Assembly (NCBI GenBank): GCA_944390445.1 | Contig: CALXQB010000041.1 | Coordinates: 1 to 12,715, forward strand | Length of the DNA: 12,715 nt | Direction: 5' to 3' | DNA from: an uncultured Clostridia bacterium | GTDB lineage: Bacteria > Bacillota > Clostridia > TANB77 > CAG-508 | Shown: positions 1 to 8,289 of the stretch, in pieces | How the letters are laid out: every line of letters begins with the position of its first letter | Numbering within the stretch: the stretch's first letter is position 1 | Translations under genes and position numbers: made by a program | The notes under the pieces: generated by a model | Databases searched by the model: none | Seen by the model: only the letters and a program-made list of their open reading frames with translations | What the model was told of the DNA's origin: nothing

Positions 1-1
1 A

Positions 2-352
2 TTAATTGGAGTGACGTCAAATAAAGAGGTTGCAAGTTTTATTTATAAAATATTTAAAACAATTAGAAAATATGGAGGAAGTGCTATCGCTATTACACAA
101 GATATTTCTGATTTATTTAGTTTAGAAAATGGAACTTATGGAAAAAGTATATTAAATAATTCTAGTATGAAAGCTTTTTTTTCTTTAGAAGAAGAAAATA
201 TATTATTACTAAGTCAATATACAAATTTGTCTGAAAAAGAAAAAATAGAAATAAAATCATTAAAAAGAGGAGAATGTTTAATGTTTGTTGGGGAGGATCA
301 TATTTTAGCAAAAATTGAAGCAGCAGATTTTGAAAAAAATTGTATTATGTAA
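2..352 (+). CDS. 3' end (C-terminal ~116 aa) of a VirB4/PrgJ/TcpF-type conjugative T4SS ATPase; the 5' part is off-window
   Basis: The frame is open from the window edge (codons from nt 2). Track ORF 11..352 only starts at an internal GTG. The sequence GGSAIAITQDISDLF...GKSILNNSSMKAFF...LSEKEKIEIKSLKRGECLMFVGEDHILAKIEA has the character of the C-terminal end of Gram-positive VirB4-like ATPases. Stop TAA 350-352. The assignment rests on remembered family features, not on a search. Confidence 0.7.
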   Translation, partial: LIGVTSNKEVASFIYKIFKTIRKYGGSAIAITQDISDLFSLENGTYGKSILNNSSMKAFFSLEEENILLLSQYTNLSEKEKIEIKSLKRGECLMFVGEDHILAKIEAADFEKNCIM

Positions 353-402
353 GAAAAATAAATGGAATAAAATATCAGAGAAAAAAGGAGTAAAATAAAT
401 CA

Positions 403-1690
403 ATGAAAAAAATTGTAACAGCACTTCGGTAATCCAAAATTAAATGAAATATTAAAAGAAAAAAATGAATATGAAATTTTAGCACCAGATATTTCCTATC
501 AAGATGGTGTTTTAGAAATATTAGAAAAAAATAAAAAAATTGATTTTTTAATTATTGGAAATCAGTTAGAAGGAGAATACTCTTTTTTTGAATTTATTTT
601 AAAAATAAAAAAAATTAATATTTTATCTGAATTTATTATTATACTAGAAAATCAAAATGAAGAACTAAAAAATAAATTAATAGAAAAAGGTTTTTTTCAA
701 ATTTTTTATGAAGATGAAATTAAAATATCAGAAATAATAAATTTAATTGAAAATAAAAAAATAAATAAAGAAAAAATAATTGAAGAAGAAATTATGAATT
801 TAAAGAAAATAATTTTAGAAAATAATTTAAAAAAAGAAAAACAAAATAAAATAATAGAAAAAATAAAAATAAATTTAAATAAAAAAATAAATTCAAAAAT
901 AAATAAAAAAAATAATTTAATGATAGGAAATAAAATGATAACAATAATAGGAACTCCTTGCTCTGGAAAAAGTATTTTTTCTATTTTACTGGCAAATCAG
1001 TTAAAAATAAAAAATAAAATTCTTTTATTAGATTTTAATATAGAACAAAATGATTTAAGTACAATATTGGGAAAGAAAAAATATTCCAAAAATATAATAA
1101 AAAAAACAAATAAAACAGAACAAATAAATTTAAAAGATTTTATTATAAAAATAAATGCTAAAATAGATTTAATTTCTGGATTGGATATTTTTTTGACAGA
1201 GAAAATAGAAAAAAATAAAATAAAAAATATGTTAATAGAATTAAAAAATAAATATGAAATTATTATAATTGACACTCCATCTGAGTATAAAAAAGAAGAG
1301 ATAAAAATTTTATTAAAAAATAGTGAAGAAATTATTTTTTTATTAGAACCAAATTTAATTCATATAAAAAAAGCGAAAATAATATTAGAATTTTATGAAA
1401 ATATTTGGAAAATAAAAAAAGAAAAAATAAAATTAATTTATAATAAAAATAATAAAAATGCAATTTCGATATTTATATTAAAAAAGATATTTAAAGAAAA
1501 TTATTTAGGAAAAATAAATTATGATGAAAAAATATATTGTGTAATAAATAAAAATAAAATAAATTATATCAATAAAACAACAAAAAAAGAAATTCAGAAA
1601 ATAATTCAAAAATTAATTCAAACAAAAAAGAAAAAAATAAAATTAAAAGAAAGGGGAATTTTAAATGGAGAACAATTTATTAGAAAATAA
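403..1690 (+). pseudogene. TadZ/CpaE-like protein (receiver-like N-domain plus ParA/MinD-superfamily P-loop ATPase) with its reading frame interrupted by a +1 shift at 427; the uninterrupted part is track ORF 794..1690
   Basis: ATG 403 (AAGGAG 385-390) reads MKKIVTALR then TAA at 430-432. The +1 frame is open from 419 and runs without a stop into the 794..1690 ORF. It reads (AL)GNPKLNEILKEKNEYEILAPDISYQDGVLEILEKNKKIDFLIIGNQLEGEYSFFEFILKIKKINILSEFIIILENQNEELKNKLIEKGFFQIFYEDEI, a CheY-fold-like alternating beta/alpha pattern without an obvious phospho-acceptor context. A K/N/I low-complexity linker follows. Then come the P-loop IIGTPCSGKS and the ParA/MinD-like IIIIDTPSEY. Confidence 0.55.
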
Positions 1691-2393
1691 TTTAGAATTA
1701 GAAAATAAAATAGAGAATACAGTGACAGTAGAAAAACAAAACGATTTTTTAGAAAGTACGTTAGGAAAGGTAATTAATACAGGATTAGATATTGGATTAA
1801 GAGCCCTTTTACCAGATTTAATTGAAAATCAAGTTATTGATATTAAAGATGCTATTTTAAAAGGAGGATTTAAAGAAGGATTAAATGAAATGATTGATTC
1901 TGTTATTGACCTTGGTAAAAGTGCAATTGGGATTTTTACTGGTAAATTTGAAAATGTGTCCCAAGTGCAAGCAGCAGTAAGAAGTGGTGGAATTATTGAT
2001 TCTACCTCTAATTTAATGGATTGGGCAGTAGAAAAAGCAAGAGAAGAAGAATGGATACCAGACTCCATTGCAAAAGTAATTCAACAAGGAAAAAATATTA
2101 TTTTAAATCATGTAGAAAAAAATGTTGAAGAAGTGCTAACAGATCAGTTAAAATCGATAGAAAAATTAGAAACTTATAATCATAATTGGAAAGAATATTA
2201 TGAACAAAGAGATTTTGAGAATATGGAAAAAGAATATAAAAAAATACAAAAGGAGTTAAAAAATGTAATACCATTAGAAAGTACCTTAACAGAAACAAGA
2301 AAGATTGAAAATATCCATCAAATTATAAAAAATAATGGGCAAAATTTTGATTTAACAGAACAAGAAGTTGAACTAGCGAATAAACTGGTTTAG
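1665..2393 (+). CDS. Hypothetical 242-aa acidic, predominantly helical protein, translationally coupled to the upstream ATPase gene
   Basis: ATG 1665 is preceded by AAGGGG (1651-1656, 8-nt spacing) and overlaps the upstream gene by 26 nt. The long ORF has non-random composition. The N-terminal half is Gly/Ile/Leu-rich (GKVINTGLDIGLRALLPDLIENQVIDIKDAILKGGFKEG...). The C-terminal half has coiled-coil character (KEYYEQRDFENMEKEYKKIQKELKN). I recognise no family. Confidence 0.6.
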   Translation: MENNLLENNLELENKIENTVTVEKQNDFLESTLGKVINTGLDIGLRALLPDLIENQVIDIKDAILKGGFKEGLNEMIDSVIDLGKSAIGIFTGKFENVSQVQAAVRSGGIIDSTSNLMDWAVEKAREEEWIPDSIAKVIQQGKNIILNHVEKNVEEVLTDQLKSIEKLETYNHNWKEYYEQRDFENMEKEYKKIQKELKNVIPLESTLTETRKIENIHQIIKNNGQNFDLTEQEVELANKLV

Positions 2394-2429
2394 AAATAAA
2401 TAAATTTAGTTTAAAAACATGAAAAAAGT

Positions 2430-2458
2430 TTGCAAATTTCTGCAGGTTTTAGTATAAT
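2430..2458 (+). promoter_or_regulatory. Sigma-A-type promoter of gyrA
   Basis: TTGCAA (2430-2435), 17-nt spacer, TATAAT (2453-2458), about 55 nt upstream of the gyrA start. RBS AAAGGAAGGA at 2496-2505. Confidence 0.55.
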
Positions 2459-2511
2459 AACACTGTAACAAAAACAGGAAAGCGTTTTCCGTAGAAAGGA
2501 AGGATAAAAAA

Positions 2512-4947
2512 TTGGACAGACCAGAAGAAACAATTATACAGAAAAACATTGAAGCAGAAATGAAATCCGCTTATATTGATTATGCTATGAGTGTTATCGT
2601 TGCACGTGCATTACCAGATGTAAGAGATGGATTAAAACCTGTACATAGAAGAATTTTATATGCTATGTATGAAGATGGAATTACATCAGACAAGCCTTAT
2701 AGAAAATGTGCTAATACAGTAGGTTCTGTTCTGGGAAGATATCACCCACATGGAGATGCTGCAGTATATGATGCAATGGTAAGAATGGCACAAGATTTTT
2801 CATTAAGATACCCATTAATTGATGGACATGGAAATTTTGGCTCTATTGATGGAGATTCTGCTGCGGCTATGAGGTATACAGAAGCAAGAATGGCTAAAAT
2901 AGCAGAACAAATGCTAACAGATATTGAAAAAAATACAGTAGATTTTATGCCAAACTATGATGACAGACTACAAGAACCAACAGTATTACCAGCTAAAATT
3001 CCAGCCTTATTAGTAAACGGTTCGTCTGGTATTGCCGTAGGAATGGCAACCAATATTCCACCACATAATTTAACAGAAATCATAAATGGTCTTATTAAAA
3101 TTATAGATGAAGATGAGGTAACAGATGAGCAACTAATGGCAATTATAAAAGGACCAGATTTTCCAACAGGAGCTGTTATATTAGGGAAAGAGGGAATTAA
3201 GCAAGCTTATACAACAGGTAAAGGAAAAATTACCATGAGAGCAGAAGCTGAAATTGAAGAAATGAGTGGTAATAAACAAAGAATTATCGTATCTTCTTTA
3301 CCATATCAAGTAAATAAAGCAAGATTAATTGAAAATATTACATCCCTAGCAGTGGAAAAACGTATTGAAGGTATTTCTGGTGTAAGAGATGAATCTGATC
3401 GAATTGAAAAAGTAAGGATTGTTATAGAATTAAAAAGAGATGCTAATGCGCAAGTAGTATTAAATCAACTATATAAATATACACAAATGCAAGATACTTT
3501 TGGTGTGATTATGTTAGCATTAGTACATGGAGAACCTAAAATATTAACTTTGAGAGAATGCTTAGATAACTATATTGAACATAGAAAAGTAGTTATTTTA
3601 AGAAGAACAAAATTTGACTTGGAAAAGGCAGAAGCAAGAGCTCATATTTTAGAAGGATTAAAAATTGCTTTAGATAATATTGATGAAGTAATTGCCATTA
3701 TTCGTGCTTCTTATGATGATGCCAAAGAAAGATTAATGGAAAGATTTGGTTTGACTGATATACAAGCACAAGCTATTCTTGATATGAGATTAAGAACATT
3801 ATCTGGATTGCAAAGAGAAAAAATCGAAGAAGAATACGCACAATTAATGAAATTAATTGCTTATTATAAAGAAGTATTATCAAGTGAAAGATTAGTATTT
3901 AATATCATTAAAGAAGAGCTATTGGAAATTAAAGAAAAATATGGTGATGAAAGACAGACAAAAATTGTGGCTGCAGAAGGAGAGATGAATGTAGAAGATT
4001 TAATTAAAGAAGAGCAAACTGTTGTTGCCCTAACACATTTTGGTTATATTAAAAGAGTACCAGTAGATACATATAAAAGTCAAAAACGCGGAGGAAAAGG
4101 AATTACGGGAATTGCAACAAGGGAAGAAGACTTTGTAAAAGAAATATTTACAGCATCTACACATGATACTATTTTATTCTTTAGTAATAAAGGTAAATTA
4201 TATCGATTAAGAGGGTATGAAGTTCCAGAAGGGGGAAGAACAGCCAAAGGTACTGCTATTGTAAATCTGTTGAGATTAGACCCTGGAGAGAAAATTTCTA
4301 CGATTATTCCAATACAAAATTTTGCAGAAGGAAAATATTTATTGTTTGCAACGAAAAATGGTTTAATCAAGAAAACTTCCTTAATAGAATATAATATAGC
4401 AAGAAAATCAGGATTACAAGCTATTACCCTAAAAGAAGATGATGAGCTAATTGGTGTAAGACTAACAGATGGAGAAGACAATATTGTACTAGTTACCAGA
4501 CAAGGTATGTGTATTACTTTTGATGAAAAAGATGTAAGACCTACTGGAAGAAGTGCACAAGGGGTAATTGGTATACGCCTAAACGAAAATGATTATGTAA
4601 TTGGTATGGAATCTATTATTAGCAATACGAAATCTACATTATTAGCCATTACAGAAAATGGATTTGGAAAAAGAACAGAATTAGATGAATATCGAGTAAT
4701 TAACAGGGGAGGAAAAGGAGTTATCACTTATAAAATAACCCCAAAAACAGGAGAAATCGTTGGAATTCGAATTGTAGATGAATCAGATGATGTTATGCTA
4801 ATTACAGATACAGGAACGGTTATTCGATTAAATGTAAGTGAAATTAGTATTTTAGGCAGAAGTACACAAGGTGTTACACTTATGAAAACAAATGAAGGAA
4901 AAGTTGTAAGTATTGAAAAAATATCAGAAGAAAAAGAAGAAGAATAA
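2512..4947 (+). CDS. gyrA: DNA gyrase subunit A
   Basis: 811 aa with a TTG start. The N-terminus is colinear with E. coli GyrA numbering. QRDR is [17 protein letters not shown]. The catalytic Tyr lies in [11 protein letters not shown] (Y122). The GyrA-box QKRGGKG marks GyrA rather than ParC. There are repeated beta-pinwheel blades in the C-terminal domain and an acidic tail EEKEEE. Confidence 0.97.
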   Translation: MDRPEETIIQKNIEAEMKSAYIDYAMSVIVARALPDVRDGLKPVHRRILYAMYEDGITSDKPYRKCANTVGSVLGRYHPHGDAAVYDAMVRMAQDFSLRYPLIDGHGNFGSIDGDSAAAMRYTEARMAKIAEQMLTDIEKNTVDFMPNYDDRLQEPTVLPAKIPALLVNGSSGIAVGMATNIPPHNLTEIINGLIKIIDEDEVTDEQLMAIIKGPDFPTGAVILGKEGIKQAYTTGKGKITMRAEAEIEEMSGNKQRIIVSSLPYQVNKARLIENITSLAVEKRIEGISGVRDESDRIEKVRIVIELKRDANAQVVLNQLYKYTQMQDTFGVIMLALVHGEPKILTLRECLDNYIEHRKVVILRRTKFDLEKAEARAHILEGLKIALDNIDEVIAIIRASYDDAKERLMERFGLTDIQAQAILDMRLRTLSGLQREKIEEEYAQLMKLIAYYKEVLSSERLVFNIIKEELLEIKEKYGDERQTKIVAAEGEMNVEDLIKEEQTVVALTHFGYIKRVPVDTYKSQKRGGKGITGIATREEDFVKEIFTASTHDTILFFSNKGKLYRLRGYEVPEGGRTAKGTAIVNLLRLDPGEKISTIIPIQNFAEGKYLLFATKNGLIKKTSLIEYNIARKSGLQAITLKEDDELIGVRLTDGEDNIVLVTRQGMCITFDEKDVRPTGRSAQGVIGIRLNENDYVIGMESIISNTKSTLLAITENGFGKRTELDEYRVINRGGKGVITYKITPKTGEIVGIRIVDESDDVMLITDTGTVIRLNVSEISILGRSTQGVTLMKTNEGKVVSIEKISEEKEEE

Positions 4948-4957
4948 AAATAAAGTC

Positions 4958-4996
4958 AAAGAAGATGATTTTGCATTTTGCAAAATCATCTTCTTT
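4958..4996. terminator. Bidirectional rho-independent terminator shared by the convergent gyrA and helicase-loader genes
   Basis: Perfect 18-bp stem AAAGAAGATGATTTTGCA (4958-4975) / TGCAAAATCATCTTCTTT (4979-4996) with a 3-nt loop. T-rich flank on the minus strand. Confidence 0.8.
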
Positions 4997-5031
4997 AACT
5001 GTGAAGAAATGACATGAGATTAAAATAATTT

Positions 5032-6042
5032 TTAAACTTTCTGAAAACGAATATCGTCTCCAAAGAATTTGCATATTTCGTAATAACCTACAATTCGTGA
5101 TGCAATTCTTTCATCATAAATAGAATAGATATTTTGTAAATTTAAATTTGTAGAAATAATGGTTTTGGTAATTTTACGATTTTGATTTAATAATCGTGTA
5201 TTCAAAATATTGAAAATTTCTGTAAACTTCATATTATTTACACTTTCTGTACCAAAATCATCTATAATTAATAAGTTTGCAGAAAGTAAATTTTCTATTA
5301 TGTTTTTATTACAGTTCGGTTTATCAAATAAGCAATTTATAATATCATTTAGCATAACAGGAGCAGTCTGATATAAAACGGTTTTTCCTAATTTTAAGAT
5401 TTCATTCGCTATACAATTCGAAAGAAAAGTTTTTCCTAATCCTGAATTTCCCATAAAAATCAAGTTCTTTTGTTCAGGATCATCAAAATGGGCAATAAAA
5501 TTCTTAGCAATTTTTTCAATTCTTTTCATATTTTCTCTAGGGGAAATATTAGATTTGTATTTTTGTGGATTTATTTCATCAGAATAGACATCTAAATGAA
5601 AAGTAGAAAAATTTTCTTTTTCTAAATTTCCCATATTTGATTTATTATATTCTATATTAAAGATTTCCTGTTTTAAGCATGTACACATTTCTGTTTTCCC
5701 ATTTTTTTCAATATATCCTGTATCTTTGCATTTAGCGCAAGAAAAAATAGGAGATAAATCTTCTAAGGTTTTTCCTTCTTTTTTGAGAAGTTCTGTTTTT
5801 TCCTTTTGGAGAGTATCAGATATCTTTTTAAGGTTAGAAATAGAAGAAGTTTGAGAATTCTTTAAAATTTCCATAGCAGTAGAAAGATAAGCTTTGGATA
5901 GTTCTGCATCAATTTCGGATAGCCTAGGAAGTTTATTGTAAATTTCTTTTTTCCTAATTTCTGCATCTTGAAAAGCTTTTCTTCTTTTTTGCTCATAAAT
6001 TCTTTTTAAGTCAGAAAGTGTTGTTGAATCCATTTTTATCAC
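5032..6042 (-). CDS. DnaI/DnaC-type AAA+ replicative helicase loader (IstB-like ATPase fold)
   Basis: Walker A FMGNSGLGKTFLS, Walker B LLIIDDFGTE, sensor region TIISTNL. The N-terminal domain has a Cys cluster, CAKCKDTGYI...CTC, as in zinc-binding DnaI N-domains. RBS AAAGGTGA lies 5 nt before the ATG, 7 nt after the upstream stop. Confidence 0.85.
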   Translation of the reverse strand: MIKMDSTTLSDLKRIYEQKRRKAFQDAEIRKKEIYNKLPRLSEIDAELSKAYLSTAMEILKNSQTSSISNLKKISDTLQKEKTELLKKEGKTLEDLSPIFSCAKCKDTGYIEKNGKTEMCTCLKQEIFNIEYNKSNMGNLEKENFSTFHLDVYSDEINPQKYKSNISPRENMKRIEKIAKNFIAHFDDPEQKNLIFMGNSGLGKTFLSNCIANEILKLGKTVLYQTAPVMLNDIINCLFDKPNCNKNIIENLLSANLLIIDDFGTESVNNMKFTEIFNILNTRLLNQNRKITKTIISTNLNLQNIYSIYDERIASRIVGYYEICKFFGDDIRFQKV

Positions 6043-6049
6043 CTTTTAT

Positions 6050-7027
6050 TTAGCCATTTTCTGTTTTTAAATTAGAATATAAAGAATCTAAATCCTCATA
6101 TTTTCTTTGCTCATAAGAATGGAAAGAAGCCTTTTTCTCCAATTCTTTTGTAGTTTGTGTTTTCTGTTTCATTTCTTGCATAAAGTTTTCAATTTCACTA
6201 GGGGTTTTAAAGTTTCGTTCATTCCAGTCTGATAATAATTTATTGATATATTCAAAGTTTGGATTAGACTTGGATGCAGTCTTTTTTAATGCAATATCAA
6301 TTACATCCATTCCATATCCGTATTCTACCGTCCATTTTTCCACATATGCTTCCTCATATTGAGATAGGCTACGGTGAAAACCAAGTTTTTTACATATATT
6401 CTTTTTCATGGCATTTAATTTATCCTGTTTTTGAAAGTAATGGTCTAAATCAGTAAAAGTTTTAATATTGTTTTTTGCCCAAGCATCCGCAACGGTTTGA
6501 ATATAATTTTTATGAAGTGCAGACTTATTAAAACAATAATCAAACAAAGCAAGCATTACTTGTTCATTGAAACCGTATTTAGTAAACCATAAATTGATAT
6601 CATTATACCAAGAGGGAGACATCATACCTTGAAAATAAAGACTATTAATATTTTCAATTGCTTTTGCTCGATATTCATTTTTAGCATTTTTTTCTAAATC
6701 TTTAGCAGATAAAGAAAGTTTTGGCTTATATAATTTTTGTAATTCGATTTCTTGTAGTGGATTGATAATATAACCAGTGGGCTTTTTGGTAATAGCCCCT
6801 GCATTTTCCCAATAAGTACATGCAGATTGAATGGTTTTAAACTCTAATCCTAATGCTTTTGAAAGATCAGTCAATTTAATCTCTTTATTATGCTTTGCAA
6901 GAAAGATAAGGTATAAATAAACTTTAATAAAATCTCCACTGGCACTTGCTAAATACTCTGTGAAAAATACATCAGGTATAGATGTAGAACTAAATAGAAT
7001 AGAAGTTTCATTTTGCTCTAGTTTCAT
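6050..7027 (-). CDS. DnaB(Bsu)/DnaD-family replication initiation protein (N-terminal winged-helix-like domain plus two DnaD-type C-terminal repeats)
   Basis: Two copies of the Y-x3-I/L-x3-W DnaD-domain signature: YIQTVADAWAKNNIKTFTDL and YINKLLSDWNERNFKTPSEI. The N-terminal part is FIKVYLYLIFLAKHNKEIKLTDLSKALGLEFKTIQSACTYWENAGAI. The gene is in an operon with the loader ATPase. Confidence 0.75.
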   Translation of the reverse strand: MKLEQNETSILFSSTSIPDVFFTEYLASASGDFIKVYLYLIFLAKHNKEIKLTDLSKALGLEFKTIQSACTYWENAGAITKKPTGYIINPLQEIELQKLYKPKLSLSAKDLEKNAKNEYRAKAIENINSLYFQGMMSPSWYNDINLWFTKYGFNEQVMLALFDYCFNKSALHKNYIQTVADAWAKNNIKTFTDLDHYFQKQDKLNAMKKNICKKLGFHRSLSQYEEAYVEKWTVEYGYGMDVIDIALKKTASKSNPNFEYINKLLSDWNERNFKTPSEIENFMQEMKQKTQTTKELEKKASFHSYEQRKYEDLDSLYSNLKTENG

Positions 7028-7070
7028 GACGATTCCCCCATTATAGATATCTCTCTTTTGTATGGTGAAA

Positions 7071-7099
7071 ATTATATCATTTCATAGGGAAATTTACAA
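7071..7099 (-). promoter_or_regulatory. Sigma-A-type promoter of the dnaD-like/loader operon
   Basis: The minus strand reads TTGTAA (7099-7094), 17-nt spacer, TATAAT (7076-7071). RBS GGGGGAA lies just before ATG 7027. Confidence 0.55.
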
Positions 7100-7119
7100 G
7101 ATAAGATCGAATAGAATTT

Positions 7120-7398
7120 TTAAAGATAAAAATAAATTTTTTTACTTTTGAGAAATTTTATAAGATAGAAAAGAACATATAAAATATTTTCATGCTGAAA
7201 ACCTATTAAACTAAATAAGAATAATGGAAAACAGAAAATAATAAATAAAGAAACTTTTATACTAAAACTAGAGAAGATTAAATCTAGAGAGCAAAAAACA
7301 AAAATGTACCAAATGAGATTAAATATAGCAGTAGAATAATCAATAAAACCAAATAAATGGTTTCTCATTTTATAATTTTTTGGAAAAATAAATTTCAT
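7120..7398 (-). CDS. PrgI/TcpE-family (VirB3-like) small conjugative T4SS membrane protein
   Basis: 92 aa. The pattern is FPKNYKMRNHLFGF..., then two hydrophobic helices, then GFQHENILYVLFYLIKFLKSKKIY. This is the family layout: an N-terminal P-K-x motif, FG, 2 TM segments and a basic tail. AGGAGG lies 4 nt before the ATG, and the gene immediately follows the VirB6-like gene. Confidence 0.65.
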   Translation of the reverse strand: MKFIFPKNYKMRNHLFGFIDYSTAIFNLIWYIFVFCSLDLIFSSFSIKVSLFIIFCFPLFLFSLIGFQHENILYVLFYLIKFLKSKKIYFYL

Positions 7399-7406
7399 AA
7401 AACCTC

Positions 7407-8279
7407 CTATTTCAAAAATGATTTTAACTGTAATAATTGTCCATCCACTGAAGTTGAAATTCCACCAATTAATTCACGAATAGAATGGTTAGCACGAATT
7501 AGTGCATAAATACATCCTACGTAAAGCAATTGAGAAAATAAATTATCTGAAAAATCTGCAGAAAAAGTAATTAGTAAAATAATAGAAATAAAAACTTGCG
7601 TAAATAATAAAGAAAAAAGACATCTTGCCCATGATTTAAAAATCCAAGAAGTTTTGGCATTACTAATTGTTAGAAACGCAAATGGTGATAGTAAAAGAAA
7701 AACCTTTAACATGACATATCGCAGAGCATAAGAAAAAAGAAGTTGGAATAAACCAAAAGACATAAATCCTTTTAATAAACCCTCAAAAGAAAAAATATTA
7801 AAGCTATTTTCTCCTAGAATAAGGGAATCGTTCAATTCTTGAATGAGAGAAGAAAAACAAATTTCTTTCCCTAATATACTTTCTCCGACTTCACGAATAG
7901 CAGAAGAAAAAGAAGAAGTAAAAAAGAGAAGGCCTTCACATATACTATAACAAGAATTTAAAAAAATACCTAAGAGAACAATTTTGAAAAAGAATTTTAA
8001 GGGATGTTCTTGGGGAGAAAAGGTAATATGAGAAAGTAGTAAAGAAATAGCATAGTATAGAATAAATCCGACAAGAAGAGAGTTAGCAATTAACAAAAGT
8101 CCGTTAGAGGAGGAGGTCCCTAATAGTTTTTCTAAATAAGAATCTTCTAAAAAATCTTGCCCAATAAAAACAAGCTCATCTAGAAGAGAATAAACATTAG
8201 TATCAATGGATGTAAAAAATTGAGAAAAAATAGAATTTAATGTTTCAATAATTACCTGTGTCATATTTGTTTCATTCAC
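7407..8279 (-). CDS. VirB6/TrbL/PrgH-like polytopic T4SS membrane protein
   Basis: 290 aa with about 6 hydrophobic segments. GTG start 6 nt after GGAGG. It sits between the pilin-like and VirB3-like genes, as in Gram-positive T4SS operons. Confidence 0.6.
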   Translation of the reverse strand: MNETNMTQVIIETLNSIFSQFFTSIDTNVYSLLDELVFIGQDFLEDSYLEKLLGTSSSNGLLLIANSLLVGFILYYAISLLLSHITFSPQEHPLKFFFKIVLLGIFLNSCYSICEGLLFFTSSFSSAIREVGESILGKEICFSSLIQELNDSLILGENSFNIFSFEGLLKGFMSFGLFQLLFSYALRYVMLKVFLLLSPFAFLTISNAKTSWIFKSWARCLFSLLFTQVFISIILLITFSADFSDNLFSQLLYVGCIYALIRANHSIRELIGGISTSVDGQLLQLKSFLK

Positions 8280-8289
8280 AATTTACCTC

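Larger units (their letters stand above)
2..2393 (+). mobile_element. T4SS block A of a conjugative-element remnant (VirB4 3' end, TadZ-like ATPase, 242-aa protein)
   Basis: The genes are co-oriented and tightly packed. GC is extremely low: 3 G+C in the 60 nt 841-900, against 23/60 in gyrA at 2581-2640. The content is T4SS-related. Confidence 0.5.

Noticed and set aside
424-432. An RF2 (prfB)-style programmed frameshift: CUU followed by a stop with an upstream Shine-Dalgarno stimulator
   Set aside because: No SD-like element lies 3 nt upstream of CTT (the sequence is ATTGTAACAGCA). The stop is also one codon further on than in prfB. Only the weaker hungry-codon idea is kept as a finding.
800-935. 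Periodic A-rich stretch (AAAATAAAT-like units), considered as a tandem repeat or array
   Set aside because: It is imperfect low-complexity coding sequence (K/N/I linker) in frame with the flanking domains. There are no unit-length repeats or spacers, so it is not a CRISPR or a true satellite.
997-1275. Track ORF on the minus strand (92 aa) inside the ATPase gene
   Set aside because: It is an antisense shadow ORF in nearly pure A/T coding DNA. The product is Phe/Ile-rich nonsense, there is no RBS, and it lies fully within a better-supported gene.
1829-2298. Two minus-strand track ORFs (79 aa and 66 aa) inside the 242-aa gene
   Set aside because: They are antisense shadows with no RBS or motifs. 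The plus-strand frame is longer and translationally coupled to its neighbour.
4080-4481. Minus-strand 133-aa ORF inside gyrA
   Set aside because: It is antisense to an unambiguous gyrA C-terminal domain, with a Ser/Pro-rich composition typical of a shadow frame.
4880-5074. Minus-strand 64-aa ORF spanning the gyrA end, the terminator and the loader-gene end
   Set aside because: It runs through an 18-bp terminator stem and overlaps two real gene ends, so it is not credible as coding.
6274-6456. Plus-strand 60-aa ORF inside the dnaD-like gene
   Set aside because: It is an antisense shadow ORF with no RBS.
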